Positions 35,747 through 48,266 of a DNA stretch of 64,000 nt are shown in pieces. The number at the start of each line of letters is the position of its first letter. Within the stretch, counting starts at the first letter, position 1. Source of the stretch: Antechinus flavipes (taxonomy: Eukaryota); the NCBI RefSeq assembly GCF_016432865.1, contig NC_067400.1, positions 622,170,001 to 622,234,000 of the forward strand. The letters are read 5' to 3'. Position numbers and translations under genes: made by a program. The notes under the pieces are model-generated. The model was not told where the DNA came from. It saw only the letters and a list, made by a program, of their open reading frames with translations, and searched no databases.

Positions 35747-38481
35747 TGCTTGATCTGAGATCAGGATAGCTACCCCTGCTTTTTTGACTTCACCTGAAGC
35801 ATAGTAGGTTCTGCTTCAATCTTTTACTTTCACTCTGTATGAATCGCCCTGCTTCCAGTGTGTTTCCTGTAAAGGACATATTGTAGGATTCTGGCTTTTA
35901 ATCCAGTCTGCTAACCACTTCTCTTTATGGGGGAGTTTACCCCATTTATGGTTAAAATTACCAATTCTATATTACTTGCCATTTTGTTAACCCCAGCTTA
36001 AACTTTTCTCCTTTGCTTACCCCTTACTCCCCTCCCCAGTATTAAACTTGTGAGCACCACTTGCTTCTCACAGCCCTCCCTTTTTAGTATCCCTGCCCCC
36101 CAATCTTAGAGTTCCTCCCCCTATCTTACTCCTTTTCCTCACAATTTTTGTATTCACTTCCACTTAGCTTATTCTTTCCCTTTTCACTTTTCCCCTTCCA
36201 TTTTTCAATAAGGTGGGAGAAGTTTTACCATAAATTGAATATGTCTAAAATTTTTCTCTTTAAACCAATCCTGATGGCAGTAAGATACACACTATATTCA
36301 TCCCCCTCCATTCTTTCTCTCAGATATAATAGGTGGAACACACCCAACAAATAGAACATATCTCATGTAGGATGGAGCACAGAACCATGGATTTAAGGAA
36401 GCAAGGAATCCTATGAGTAAGAATAAGGAGATCCAAAGTCAAAATTATTATCTTCATACATCATACCAATGTTTTCTTTGGTTTAAACTTGCTGCTCAGT
36501 TATTTTTCAATTGTCTTACTTTTTTTCATGCCAATGAAATCTTGCCAAAGATACTGGAATCCTTTCTCATCATCTTCTCTATCCCATTTTACAGATGAGG
36601 AAATTGAGGCAAATAGGATAAAGTGACTTGCCCAGAATCATAGAGCTAGCAAATGTTTGAGGCCTTTTTAAATGAAGAACTGTGAGTCTTTCCAGTTTCA
36701 AACCCAGTGCTCTAACCATGTTCCATCAATCTGCCCAGTTTAAAATTAGGGTCAATATTATGGCTCTTAATATTTGTGGCAGCCCTCTTTGTAGTGGCCA
36801 GAAACTGGAAACTGAGTGGATGTCCATCAGTTGGAGAATGGCTGAATAAATTGTGGTGTATGAATATTATGGAATATTATTGTTCGGTAAGAAATGACTT
36901 GCCGGATGATTTCAGAAAGGCCTGCAGAGACTTACATGAACTGATGCTGAGTGAAATAAGCAGGAACAGGAGATCATTATATACTTCAACAACAATACTA
37001 TATGATGATCAATTCTGATGGACCTGGCCATCTTCAACAATGAGATGAACCAAATCAGTTCCAATGGAGCAGTAATGAACCGAACCAGCTACACCCAGCA
37101 AAAGAACTCTGGGAGACGACTAAGAACCATTACATTGAATTCCCGATCCCTATATTTTTGCCCACCTGCATTTTTTATTTCCTTCACAGGCTAATTGTAC
37201 AATATTTCAGAGTCCGATTCTTTTTGAACAGCAAAATAACAGTTTGGACATGTATACTTATTTTGTATTTAATTTATACTTTAATATATTTAACATGTAT
37301 TGGTCATCCTGCCATCTAAGGGAAGGAGTGGGGGTAAGGAGGGGAAAAATTGGAACAAAAAGTTTGGCAATTGTCAATGCTATAAAATTACCCATGCATA
37401 TAANNNNNNNNNNNNNNNNNNNNNNNNNNNNNNNNNNNNNNNNNNNNNNNNNNNNNNNNNNNNNNNNNNNNNNNNNNNNNNNNNNNNNNNNNNNNNNNNN
37501 NNNNNNNNNNNNNNNNNNNNNNNNNNNNNNNNNNNNNNNNNNNNNNNNNNNNNTGTTACTCACATCTCTTTAGATATAAGCAGCTTATTTTAAAAGAAAA
37601 ATGATGAGTAAAATTTAAGTTATTCAAAGCTCCCACTAAGAATATACTTAAGATTTAGGCAAAAGGTTTGAAAAGTGCTTAATAAACATTTGTTGATTGA
37701 TTTCATCCTGGTTTCCATGGATATACATGAGCTTCCTTTTTTATCATAGCATTCTTCTGCTTTATTTTCTAATTCTCAGTCCTTATTCTCTCTTCTCTCC
37801 CAACCTGAATAGCCATGATCTTGATCACCTTTTGGGGGGAAGTTATCTCAGTCTCTAGAATTGTTAGAAGGCCTTCATATAAAGTGGAGTAATATAGAAT
37901 GAAAAGGGAAAGAGGTTGGAGTCAGTTTATGACATTTTCAAAATGAAATGGAAGAATTCACATCTTATCCAGGAGGTACCAGGGAGCCCTTTGAATTTAT
38001 TGAAAGAGATTACAATAATCTCAATTTTTGTTTACAGAAAATCACTTTGGTAGCTAAATGGTGTATGGACTGGAGAAAGGATACACTAGCTATCAGGAGA
38101 CCATTTGTGACATTACTTTTATAGCATTGACAAGAGTTGATAAGAATATGAATTTGGATGGTGGTTGTATTGATAAGAAAAAAAGGACAATGATTTGAAA
38201 ATGATGGGCAAGACTTTGCAACTGAGTGGATATGGTGGGTAAAAGCAAATGAGGTATCAAAGATGACTCTAAGTGTAATGATAACAATGATGTTATTTTC
38301 AACGGGAATATGGAAGTTTAGGGGAAATTTGAGTTGGAAGGGAAAAATCACAAGTACCAATACAGACACTGAAATTTAAATACCTTTGAGACATCAATTT
38401 AAAATGTTCAAAAAGTAATTGTTTCAGTTAGATTTGGAAATGGAAGCCTATAGATATATGGGAATTCATCATAAAAGGAGG

Positions 38482-39445
38482 TGATCATGCCCTCTCTGAT
38501 TTCTCAGGAAGGGCGATGAAAACACCAAAGGAAAATGAGAAATCAAATCAGATTAGCGGGTTTCTGAATGGTCTCACTTGAAACAGGTATACATAAATCT
38601 ATCAACATGGGAGGTATCACACATAATTACAAAAAGTACATAAGTACATATTAGTGATGTAACAAATAACAGGAATCAACATGAGGAATTCTCCATGTCT
38701 GTAAGTCCTAGAAATAGTCCAAAACCAATCTATTGTCCATTACTTCACATGTATATAGGGAATTCAATGATTCCTGCAAGTTTTGAAATGCTGTCATAGT
38801 CTCATCATGTATCAGGGAATCCAATGATTCCTGCTGCTTTTGAAGTTCTGCAACAGTCTTATCAACAATTTTTTTATCTCAGGAAATCCAAGGATTCCTG
38901 CTGTTTCTGAAATTCTGTAACAGCATCATTATCAGCCATGCTCTTTCAGTGTCAGAGGTTTCTTAGGTCTTCTCCTTCGTTTTGAGGTTTTTCTCTTTTT
39001 TCTGTCTCTCTCCAGGTGCTATTGGCACCCATGTGATTCCTTCTCCATCTGTAGTAATACAGGCAAACCCTTTCTGCCAAGCAGTTAATCTATCTAGTCC
39101 CTTCTATTGATCACTTTCTAAATCTCTCCTCATCATCTGGAAATTACATTGGAGCTGCTTGCACTGGACATTGCCCTTCTGTTGGGTTAAAAAGGCCTAT
39201 ATTCTCTCTCCAATTGTAATCTCTTTCTCCCATCTGATTGCTTTTTGGTTGATTGATCACATAATGCCTTTCTTCCATCTGATTACTTTTTGGCTGATTG
39301 ATCATGTAATCCCCTTCTCCCATCTGATTGCTTCTTTGCTGATCGATCGTATCAGAGTCCTGAACTTCTAAAGACTCTCTGGGTATAACCTCAGCTGTCA
39401 TCATGCTCCACCAGTTTTTTGTTTGAGGTCTTGGAGTTGCAAGCT
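38482..39445 (-). mobile_element. Probable LTR/ERV-derived element with internal tandem repeats, specific to unit 2
   Basis: Absent from unit 1. Contains three ~57-67-bp repeats (38757-38933) and three 45-bp repeats (39216-39350). ERV assignment and strand are from recall, not from a protein motif. Confidence 0.45.
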
Positions 39446-42296
39446 GTTTTATTAGTTTTATTAGTGTTAAACAACACATTAGACCCTAAGATCAAATGAG
39501 AAATATAAAAGAAGATGAGTGCTTAACAGAATAGAGAACACAAGAACAAGATAAAGCACACCATTTTCCTCTTGGTAGAAGGTTGTTGAATTATGGGTTT
39601 CAAATGTTTTCTCATCTCCCAGATGTCATCATTTTATAGGTCCATTTCCTTAACTTAATTTCCTGTAAAAAGAAATATCTCAAAAAATATTTTACCAAAA
39701 ATTTTTGGTTTTTTTTTTGCCTGTGTGTCAATCAAAGCCATAACCATAGTCCCAGTATATCTGTATCAATTGTGCTAACAAGCTAAATAGTCCTCAGGAC
39801 ATTTGATTCTCTGCTATTCTGCCTTTTGAAGAATGGAGGAAGGGGACTTATTCCAATCTCTTGAGGGATGTTGAGAGATAGTGACTCATACAACTATAAT
39901 ACATATCCACTCCCATGAACATTAATTAACATTTCTTGAACTCCAACACAGTGCACCTGAGAGAACTTTTTTTGGCACTTTCTCTTTTCTACCCAGAGAA
40001 TAATTACCTCAGGGTATTTGGCTGTCCGTATTTGGCTGAAGAGCAGAGATATTGTCCCAACAGAGATGCAAGGGATGTCCAACAAAGGTGAAATTGGCCT
40101 TATGGGGCCATTTTGTCAAAAATACTATCTAACTATAACTACAAATACAGTGGGGAAAATTGAGGGGAAACCTGCTTCCCAGACAAGAAAAAGAACAGAA
40201 ATATCACAACTAGAAAAGAATGGAAATTTTATAATTTTCTGCCAATCCAGCCTGTGCTGAGGGGAATTCTAGACATCTTTCTGTGGCAGAGAAATTCAGT
40301 AATATCATCTCTGAGCAGTTCACATTGCAAAAGCTAACAGCAAGGAGACTTGTTTTTTTTTAAGGTTAGTTACAGTGGTTTTGAATGGAATGCTTCCCCC
40401 CTTCCATTTTCTTTTATTTTTTTCCTCCCTTTCTCTTTCTCTGCATCCTTCCTTCCTTTCTTCATTCTTTTGTTCCTGCGTTTGTTCCTTCCTTCTTTTC
40501 TTTCTCCTTTCCTTCCTTCATCTCTACATTCATCCTTCCCTACCCCTTCTTTCTTTTTCTACCACTGTATACATCCTTCTTTTTAAACATTTCTCTACTT
40601 TCTGGTAAAGAAGTGAATATACAAATGTTTAGTATATTTTGTGCTAGCTTTTCAATGGTTGGGGAAGGATAAGGAAAGTGGGACAAAATTCAAAACAAAA
40701 AGAAAAAAGGACATAGACATACACTCGTGATTACAAATGTAAGTATTCAACATAACCCAAAAAATGTAGCTCCCATGTCAGAATCTGATTGGTACTCCTC
40801 TCAAAGTTATATTTTGAATGATTAGGAGATGCTCTCAGAAAAACCTGGAAAGACTTCTATGAACTAATACAAGATGGCATGTATTTTGTAAAGTAACAGC
40901 AATATTTTAAGATAATTATCTGTGAATGACATAACTTTTCTCACTATTAGAACAATCCAAGACAACTCTAAAGGACTTATGATTAAAATGCTCTTTTCCC
41001 CCAGAAAATGAACTGATAGTATCAGTATATATATTACTTTTTATTTTTGGGGCTATGTTTTCTTTCACAACATGATTACTATAGAAATATTATGCATGAC
41101 TATGCATGTGTAATATATTTTTAATTTCTTGCATTATCAATGGAGTAATGGTAGTGGAAAGTGAAGAACAAAAAGAATCTGGAACTTAGAATTTTTAAAA
41201 AGAATGTTAAACATTGTTTTTACATCTCACTTGAGAAAGATAAAATACTAAATAAGAAAAAAAATTAAAATGTTTTCATGGAAAACTAATGACCAAGAAA
41301 TATCTGCCTATCTTTCAAAGAGCTACATCTTTGACCTTGAAAATTTTCTTCGGAGAAGTTGTGGATAGAAGTGAGAGCGATGGAGTATCAGAACAGTACA
41401 ATTTCTTGGATACTATTTCATGTGAAACAAGGGTAGAGCTTAATAAACCAGTCAGTTTTCTTCTGATGCATCTGAATGGTAGAAAATTGAAGTGACCAGC
41501 ACATGTCCAGCTATGGTGAAAATTAGATAAAATGAGACAATTCATAAGAGCAGAAAGTATGATAGATCAAATCAGCAGATTTGGTTCTTGAACAAAGAAA
41601 ATATCTTGTTACATATGTTTCTCATTCATTTGCAATTCTTTCTTTCAGTCAGTGGAAGACTCTGTATAGGGCATTGGTAGGATGAGAGATTGTGGTCCCT
41701 TTCTTCACTGCCAGTGAAAGCAACCAGTATTTTTGAAGCTGTCTTTTTAAACTTCTGACTTTCTCTTTTAAACTGTTCACAGCTATTAGTGAAAGTGAGA
41801 TGACCATGGAAAAGGAATATAAAGAGAGGCTAAGACAACATTTCAGAGGACTTAAAAATTAAAGATCACCAATTTCCTTCTTGGCTTCTAACCTAGGTCA
41901 GGTACTTGTACTGATGTAGTCACTCACAGATAATCATTAAAAACAATAGGAAGAAAATATAGGGTCTTTGGTAGGATTTTTTCCTTCCATAAGTATGCAT
42001 TTTTTTAATAGATGGAATTCCTAGGGGAAGAAATTTCCTTTACCATCAAAGATCTTCATCTCCCACAAAAATCTTAATAAGTTTCTTTCAAAGGGAACCT
42101 GTTCAGGGTCACATAGTCACTACATACCATGGGTCATGCTGCCTGTTTAGGTCTTATGTGGTAAGGATAAAAATGAAATAATTTCTTCTAGCCTTTGCAA
42201 ATATTTTGCCCTTAATGACTGCTGATTAATGGACTGTTTGATTTTTTTTTTTTTTTTTGCCTCTCTAGGTCACTCACTGGATGAAAGAATCAGAAA

Positions 42297-43235
42297 ATGT
42301 CTAACTTGAACAACTCAATAACTGAATTTCTCCTTATGGAGTTTTCTGACAACAGAGAGCTGCAGATCTTATATTCTTTGCTTTTCTTTCTCATTTACTC
42401 AGCAGGCCTGATGGGAAATCTCCTCATTGTCATCATCATCACCATTGACAGGAGACTCCATACCCCTATGTACTTTTTCATTAGGAATCTTTCCATTGTG
42501 GATATCTGCTTCATATCAGTAACTGTTCCCCCAGCATCCATTAACTCCCTGGTGAACAACAGGGTTATTTCAGTTACTGGATGCGCAATTCAGATATTTC
42601 TGCTAGTCTGGATGGCCTATGTTGAGTACACTTTGCTCACTGTCATGGCCCGTGATCGCTATGTTGCCATCTGCCATCCACTTCTTTACCCAGTGATCAT
42701 GAACCCTCGTGCCTGCATGCAGATGACCTTAACCTGCTTGTTCACTGGGATTTTGTATGCAGGTCTCCATACTGGTTTAACATTTCAATTGTCTTTTTGC
42801 AATTCCAATGTGATCCACCAGTTCTTCTGTGATATCCCCTCTCTACTCAAGATTTCTTGTTCAGAGATATTCTTCAATTTGATATCTTTATTTGCCTCTG
42901 CTCTAGCACTTGTTGGCTGCTTTGTCTTCATCATTGTATCATATATTCGAATATTTTCCACTGTGCTTAGATTTCCAGTGAAAGAAGACCAAAGAAAAGC
43001 CTTCTCTACTTGCATCCCTCACATCATTGTGGTTTCTTTGTTCCTTATTTCAACCTCTTACGTGCACCTACAGCCACCTTCAGACTCTGGGTCTATTAAA
43101 GATATAATCATTTCAGTATTCTATTCCATAATTCCTCCCTTTCTGAACCCTATTTTATACAGCCTAAGGAATCAGCAGATAAAAGAGGCTTTAAGATTAG
43201 TAATGAAGAAAAAAATTTTTTTAAATAAAGCATAA
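42297..43235 (+). CDS. Olfactory receptor, family 14 (OR14C36-like), 312 aa, intact
   Basis: Same motifs as 23994-24929, with MARDRY and FFCDIP. About 96% amino-acid identity to that copy (11 substitutions plus the C-terminal tail, manual count). Confidence 0.95.
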   Translation: MSNLNNSITEFLLMEFSDNRELQILYSLLFFLIYSAGLMGNLLIVIIITIDRRLHTPMYFFIRNLSIVDICFISVTVPPASINSLVNNRVISVTGCAIQIFLLVWMAYVEYTLLTVMARDRYVAICHPLLYPVIMNPRACMQMTLTCLFTGILYAGLHTGLTFQLSFCNSNVIHQFFCDIPSLLKISCSEIFFNLISLFASALALVGCFVFIIVSYIRIFSTVLRFPVKEDQRKAFSTCIPHIIVVSLFLISTSYVHLQPPSDSGSIKDIIISVFYSIIPPFLNPILYSLRNQQIKEALRLVMKKKIFLNKA

Positions 43236-44870
43236 ATTATATTTCTTTCCTAATGTTATTGATCTTACTTCATTTGTAAATTTAAAATCCCACAAAAATG
43301 TTTTTTTTCTTTCTCTTCATCTCTGTTTCTGTCTTTGTCTGTCTTTCTGTNNNNNNNNNNNNNNNNNNNNNNNNNNNNNNNNNNNNNNNNNNNNNNNNNN
43401 NNNNNNNNNNNNNNNNNNNNNNNNNNNNNNNNNNNNNNNNNNNNNNNNNNNNNNNNNNNNNNNNNNNNNNNNNNNNNNNNNNNNNNNNNGCTATTTATCT
43501 GTAGATGGATAAAGATGAATCCCTGGTCTATATGAAAAAAGTCACTAGAATTGACTTAGATATTATAAATTTCAGTATCATTAATAAGACATTCACAAAT
43601 TCCGAATAATATAATTTTTTTAGCTGTTTGGTGGCATTTGGCAATTCTGCTTATGATATATAAATGAGGAATATATAACACATGTGGTTGAGAAGTTGTT
43701 TTTCTCCCATGTCAAATTCACATGGATAATTTTGTTCCCTCAAGACCAGGAAGATTTCATCTCAACATGAGGATACTAGGAGTATGCCTGGAGAGTAATG
43801 CTATGTTCTTTTTTTAAATGACATGAATTTTTGGTGTATGATTATGATGGAATATAATATACTGTGCTATAAGACATGCTGAGCTCAATAATCTTAGAAA
43901 ATATGAAAAAACTTGCATGCATACCTATTTGTGTATAATGATCATCATCTCTAGGGGAGGGAGGAGGGAAGAAAAAAAGAAAAATAAGAAAGAGACTTTA
44001 CTAGATAATTTTATTAAATATTTAAAGGATAACAAGTTATACATAAGGGATTTCTAGTTTCATGTATGATCATCTTTTTATTATACTATGCTATCGAAAT
44101 GTTTGTTTTATTCCAAAAATTAAAATTAGAATAATTTTTTAAAATAGTTTCATTTTGAATTTATTATTAAAAGTGTTTATGACAAACTTCATGAAATAGA
44201 TTTACAATTAGTTAGAACCTTTATATTCTTCTTTGTATATGGAAATATACTTTTTTTCTTTTTAACTGTCTCTCCATTCAATAGCCATACCCCTAGTTTA
44301 CATTCTCTCCAATACTTGTGGAATATTTTAATGCTCTCCTAATTGGTTTTTAGGACTCAGAAATACCATCTTTAAAAAATGGACTTGTCATTTTTTACAC
44401 AGTTGTTGAATTATTTTATGTAAGGAATTTGCATAATAATGTCACTCTCCTATTTAGAAAGCTTTAATAGCTCCATGTAGCATTAGGGATCAAATACAAA
44501 TTAGAATATGTACACCTTAATTGTGAGAGTCTCTCACAATCTAATTGTAATCTTTGTTGAAGATGGGAAGTAAAATAGCAAGCAAATGGGGGAATCTCAG
44601 AATGATCAGAAGAGCAATAAAATAATTAAAAGTCTAAAAAGAAATAAAGATGGATGTAGGATAATAAATGGTTGAATTAGAGAGAAAAAATAGAAGGTAA
44701 ACAATAGAGATTTTAGACAATATTAGTAGTTTTTTTGGAAAAGTCAGTAATTGATTTGGAACACAAGAAGCAACATACAGAAGAAAAATGTTTTAAAATA
44801 TGAAATGTCAGTAGTGATTGGATGAATAAAAAATAATTTTCTTTAAAAAATTGCTTAAGAAATATTTCTT

Positions 44871-45461
44871 TGGATGCCCATCAATTGGAGAATGGTTGGG
44901 TAAATTGTGGTATATGAATGTTATGGAATATTATTGCTCTGTAAGGAATGACCAGCAGGATGAATACAGAGAGGCTTGGAGAGACCTACATGGACTGATG
45001 CTAAGTGAGATGAGCAGAATCAGGAGATCATTATACACTTTGACAATGATATTGTATGAGGATGTATTCTGATGGAAGTGGATTTCTCTGACAAAGAGAC
45101 TTAACTGAGTTTCATTGGATAAATGATGGACAGAAACAGCTACACCCAAAGAAGGAATACTGGGAAATGAATGTGAACTATTTGATTTTTGATTTTCTTC
45201 CCGAGTTATTTTTACCTTCTGAATCCAATTCTCCCTGTGCAGCGGGAGAACTGTTTGGTTCTGCAAATATGTATTGTATCTAGGATATACTGCAACATAT
45301 TTAACATATATAGGACTGCTTGCCATCTTGGGGGGGGGAGGAGGGAGGAGGGGAAAAAGCGAAACATAAGTGATTACAAGGGATAATGCTGTGTAAAAAT
45401 TATCCTGGCATGGATTCTGTCAATACAAAGTTATTATTAAATAAAATTAAATTTAAAAAAA
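44871..45461 (+). mobile_element. 5'-truncated young L1 specific to unit 2, 14-bp TSD
   Basis: TSD aagaaatatttctt at 44857-44870 and 45462-45475. Empty site aagaaacatttctt in unit 1 near 26612. Confidence 0.93.
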
Positions 45462-47823
45462 AAGAAATATTTCTTAAATTTCTTTGATTTTTTCAAATTA
45501 TTTCTTAGAGTAATACAAACACTGGTCCAAACTCTGAGAAGACAAAAGCAACAAAATGAGAAATGATAAATACAACAATTTAACCTTTGTTAATTTATAT
45601 ATTCAATGCACACAGTTAGATTGTTAAAAGTAATTTTAGTGAATAATATGATAAATTTAGAATATAATTTGGAAGAACAAAAAATCAAGAATATCAAAGG
45701 AAATAATGAAAAAATGTAATAAGTTTTAGCTGTCCTAGATCTTAAACTGTATCATAAGGCAACAATTCTTAAAATCATCTGATATTGGTTAAAAATTAGA
45801 AAGGTTAAATAATGGAGCAAAGTAGACAGGATCTGAAGCAACAAATAAATATAGTAACATTGTATTTAACATGTATAAAAATTTAAGTTTTGGGTATAAG
45901 AATTAATTATTTGATAAAATTGTTAAGAATATGAAAAGCAGTAAGGTAGAAATTTAATACTGATTAAAGCCTTTCACCATTTATTGTTAGGGTTAAAATT
46001 GTTTTAAGACCTAGAAATAAAGGGAGATAGTAAGAAAAAAATCTAAAGAATATGAACTATATTACTCAAGTGACTTCTGGACATTCAAATGATTTGTGAA
46101 TTAATAAGAGGTAGAGAGCAGAATTGGATGAAATTTTGTACACAGAAAAATATAGCTGAGATTAGAAGGAAAGCAATAAATTGGAGAAAATTTTATGTTA
46201 ATTTTTTAATTAAAGCCTTTTATTTTCAAAACATATGCATAGATAATTTTTAATGGTCATTCTTGCAAAACCTTGTGGCCCAATTTTTTCCTCCCTTTCC
46301 CCCACCTCTTTTCTTAGACAGTAAGTAATTCAATATATGTCAAACATTTCCAATTCTTCTGCACATATTTGGAGGAAAACTTAAGTTTACTCAGTTAAAG
46401 GTCTTATGTCTTAAATATATACAGATTTTTTTTTCAAATCTATAATTATGCAAGTCTTTCCTCAGTTGATAAATGGTCAAAAGATATAAACAGGAAGTTT
46501 TTCAGTGAAGACATCAAGACAATTTATGCTCATATGAACATGCTTCAATTCATTATTGATTAGAGACAGGCAAAGCAAATGATTTTGACATGCCATTTTA
46601 TATCTACTAGATTGACTAAGATAATAAAAGCAGAAAGTTATAAATGTTGGAGTAGATAAGGAATTTTTTTTCAAAAAATACCTTATTATTTTCATAATGC
46701 ATGCAAAAATAGCTTTCACTGTTCATCCTTGCAAAAACTTGTATTCCAAATTATTCTGCCTCCCTTTCCCCTGCTCCCTCCCCCAGGCAGCAGGTAATCC
46801 AATATACATAAAACATGATCATGGAATCATGATATGGAAAAAAATTGAAAAATGAATTCATTTTTGGAATTATGAACTGATCCAACAATTTTGGAGATCC
46901 ATTAGGAATTGTGACCAATGAGTTGTTATATTACCTGCAGCTTTTGGATTATTAATACCACTACCAACCCTATTTCCAAAGATGAGTACTTATAGCATCT
47001 CTCTTTGTGTTGGCAAATATTTGGAAAAATTTGGGGAATGGATGAAAAATTGTGGTATTTGATTCTCATGAAATATTTCTGTGCTGTAAGAAATGATGAG
47101 TCATTGCTTTTAGGAAAAAAAAAACAGATTTACATGAAATACTGGAGAGTAAAATGAGCAGAATCAAGAGAATACAATATATAATAATAGCATTTCAGTT
47201 TTAAGAACAACTTTGAATGGCTAAATCATTTTAACAATGACAAATACCCAAATTAACTACAAATGTTATATGAAGGAATGCACACAGTGAAAGAAAAATA
47301 GAAGTGTATATTAATAGCTTTACACATATGCACATACATATCTAACGGTAGTCTTTGCTTGCACCAAAAGTTAGAAAAAAGAAATGACCATAACTTTATT
47401 ATACAATAAAATGGAATAGCAAGTTTACCAAGAAACATGTCATTTCATGTTCAATGATCTTTGAAAAATTCTACTCTGTTTATAGAAATTCTTGTTTTAT
47501 ACCATAAATTAAAAATAAAGAAATATTTTTCAAAAAGAAAACCATTCATTCCCTTGAGGCATTTAAACCCTAAGTGAAGTGAAAAAATAAAACAAATTTT
47601 GGACACTGGCTAAATGAAAGGCTGAGATAAGTTTTCAGTGGGATCCATAGCAAAACACTCCCTAGGTGATATCAGTAGTACAGATGACAATGTCAAAAGT
47701 CTTAGTTTTGTAATTAATTCAATAGTTTTCTTAGTCTCTATTTTATTAATATTTCTTTTGAGTTTCAAAATTTCTAATTTGGTATTTAATTGGGGGGTTT
47801 TAATTTGTCATTTTTCTAGCTTT

Positions 47824-48266
47824 GGGAACAGGTTTCTTGAAGGGCTTCTGGAGGCAGCCTTCCTTTCAGTTCAGTGTAATCACCCCAAATGCAGCCAGGA
47901 GTTAAAGTCCAAATCCTTTATTGTCTCCTTCAAAATAGCCTGGATAGAGGCCTATCTCTCTCCTTGGTTCTGAGAGCTCTTGCCACTAGTCTTTTGTCTC
48001 TGCTAGCTTCAGCTTCTCTTCCTCCAAATCTCCAGCCAGTACAAAGGTGGAAATTGGAATGAATCTGACTCCGCCTCTGACAGTGGGCTTGTGGGCTCCC
48101 CAAAGTGCATCTTAGTTGAGGCTTCTAGCTTATATATGCTGTCTTAAAGGTGTGAATCTTGTGGAACTCTTAATAAGTACTAAGTACATTTAGAGAACTG
48201 TTAAGCACCCTGCTGAACAATCATTGTCTCTATCAATTCCACTGACTTAGCACCTTGTAAGAATCA
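47824..48266 (-). mobile_element. Duplicated copy of the nested solo LTR, truncated by the unit-2 deletion
   Basis: Matches 35300-35746 and shares the identical LTR/L1 junction gaatca|tgcttgatctgag. Confidence 0.85.

Larger units (their letters stand above)
17209..36334 (+). repeat. Tandem segmental duplication, unit 1 (OR14C-like gene plus flanks)
   Basis: Starts aaatagaaca(t)gtctcatgtaggatggagcacag (same as 36349) and ends ctcagata(t/c)aataggt (same as 48831). Collinear with unit 2. Confidence 0.93.

Noticed and set aside
38757-39350. Regularly spaced repeats as a CRISPR-like array
   Set aside because: They are contiguous degenerate tandem units with no unique spacers, in a mammalian genome with no cas genes.
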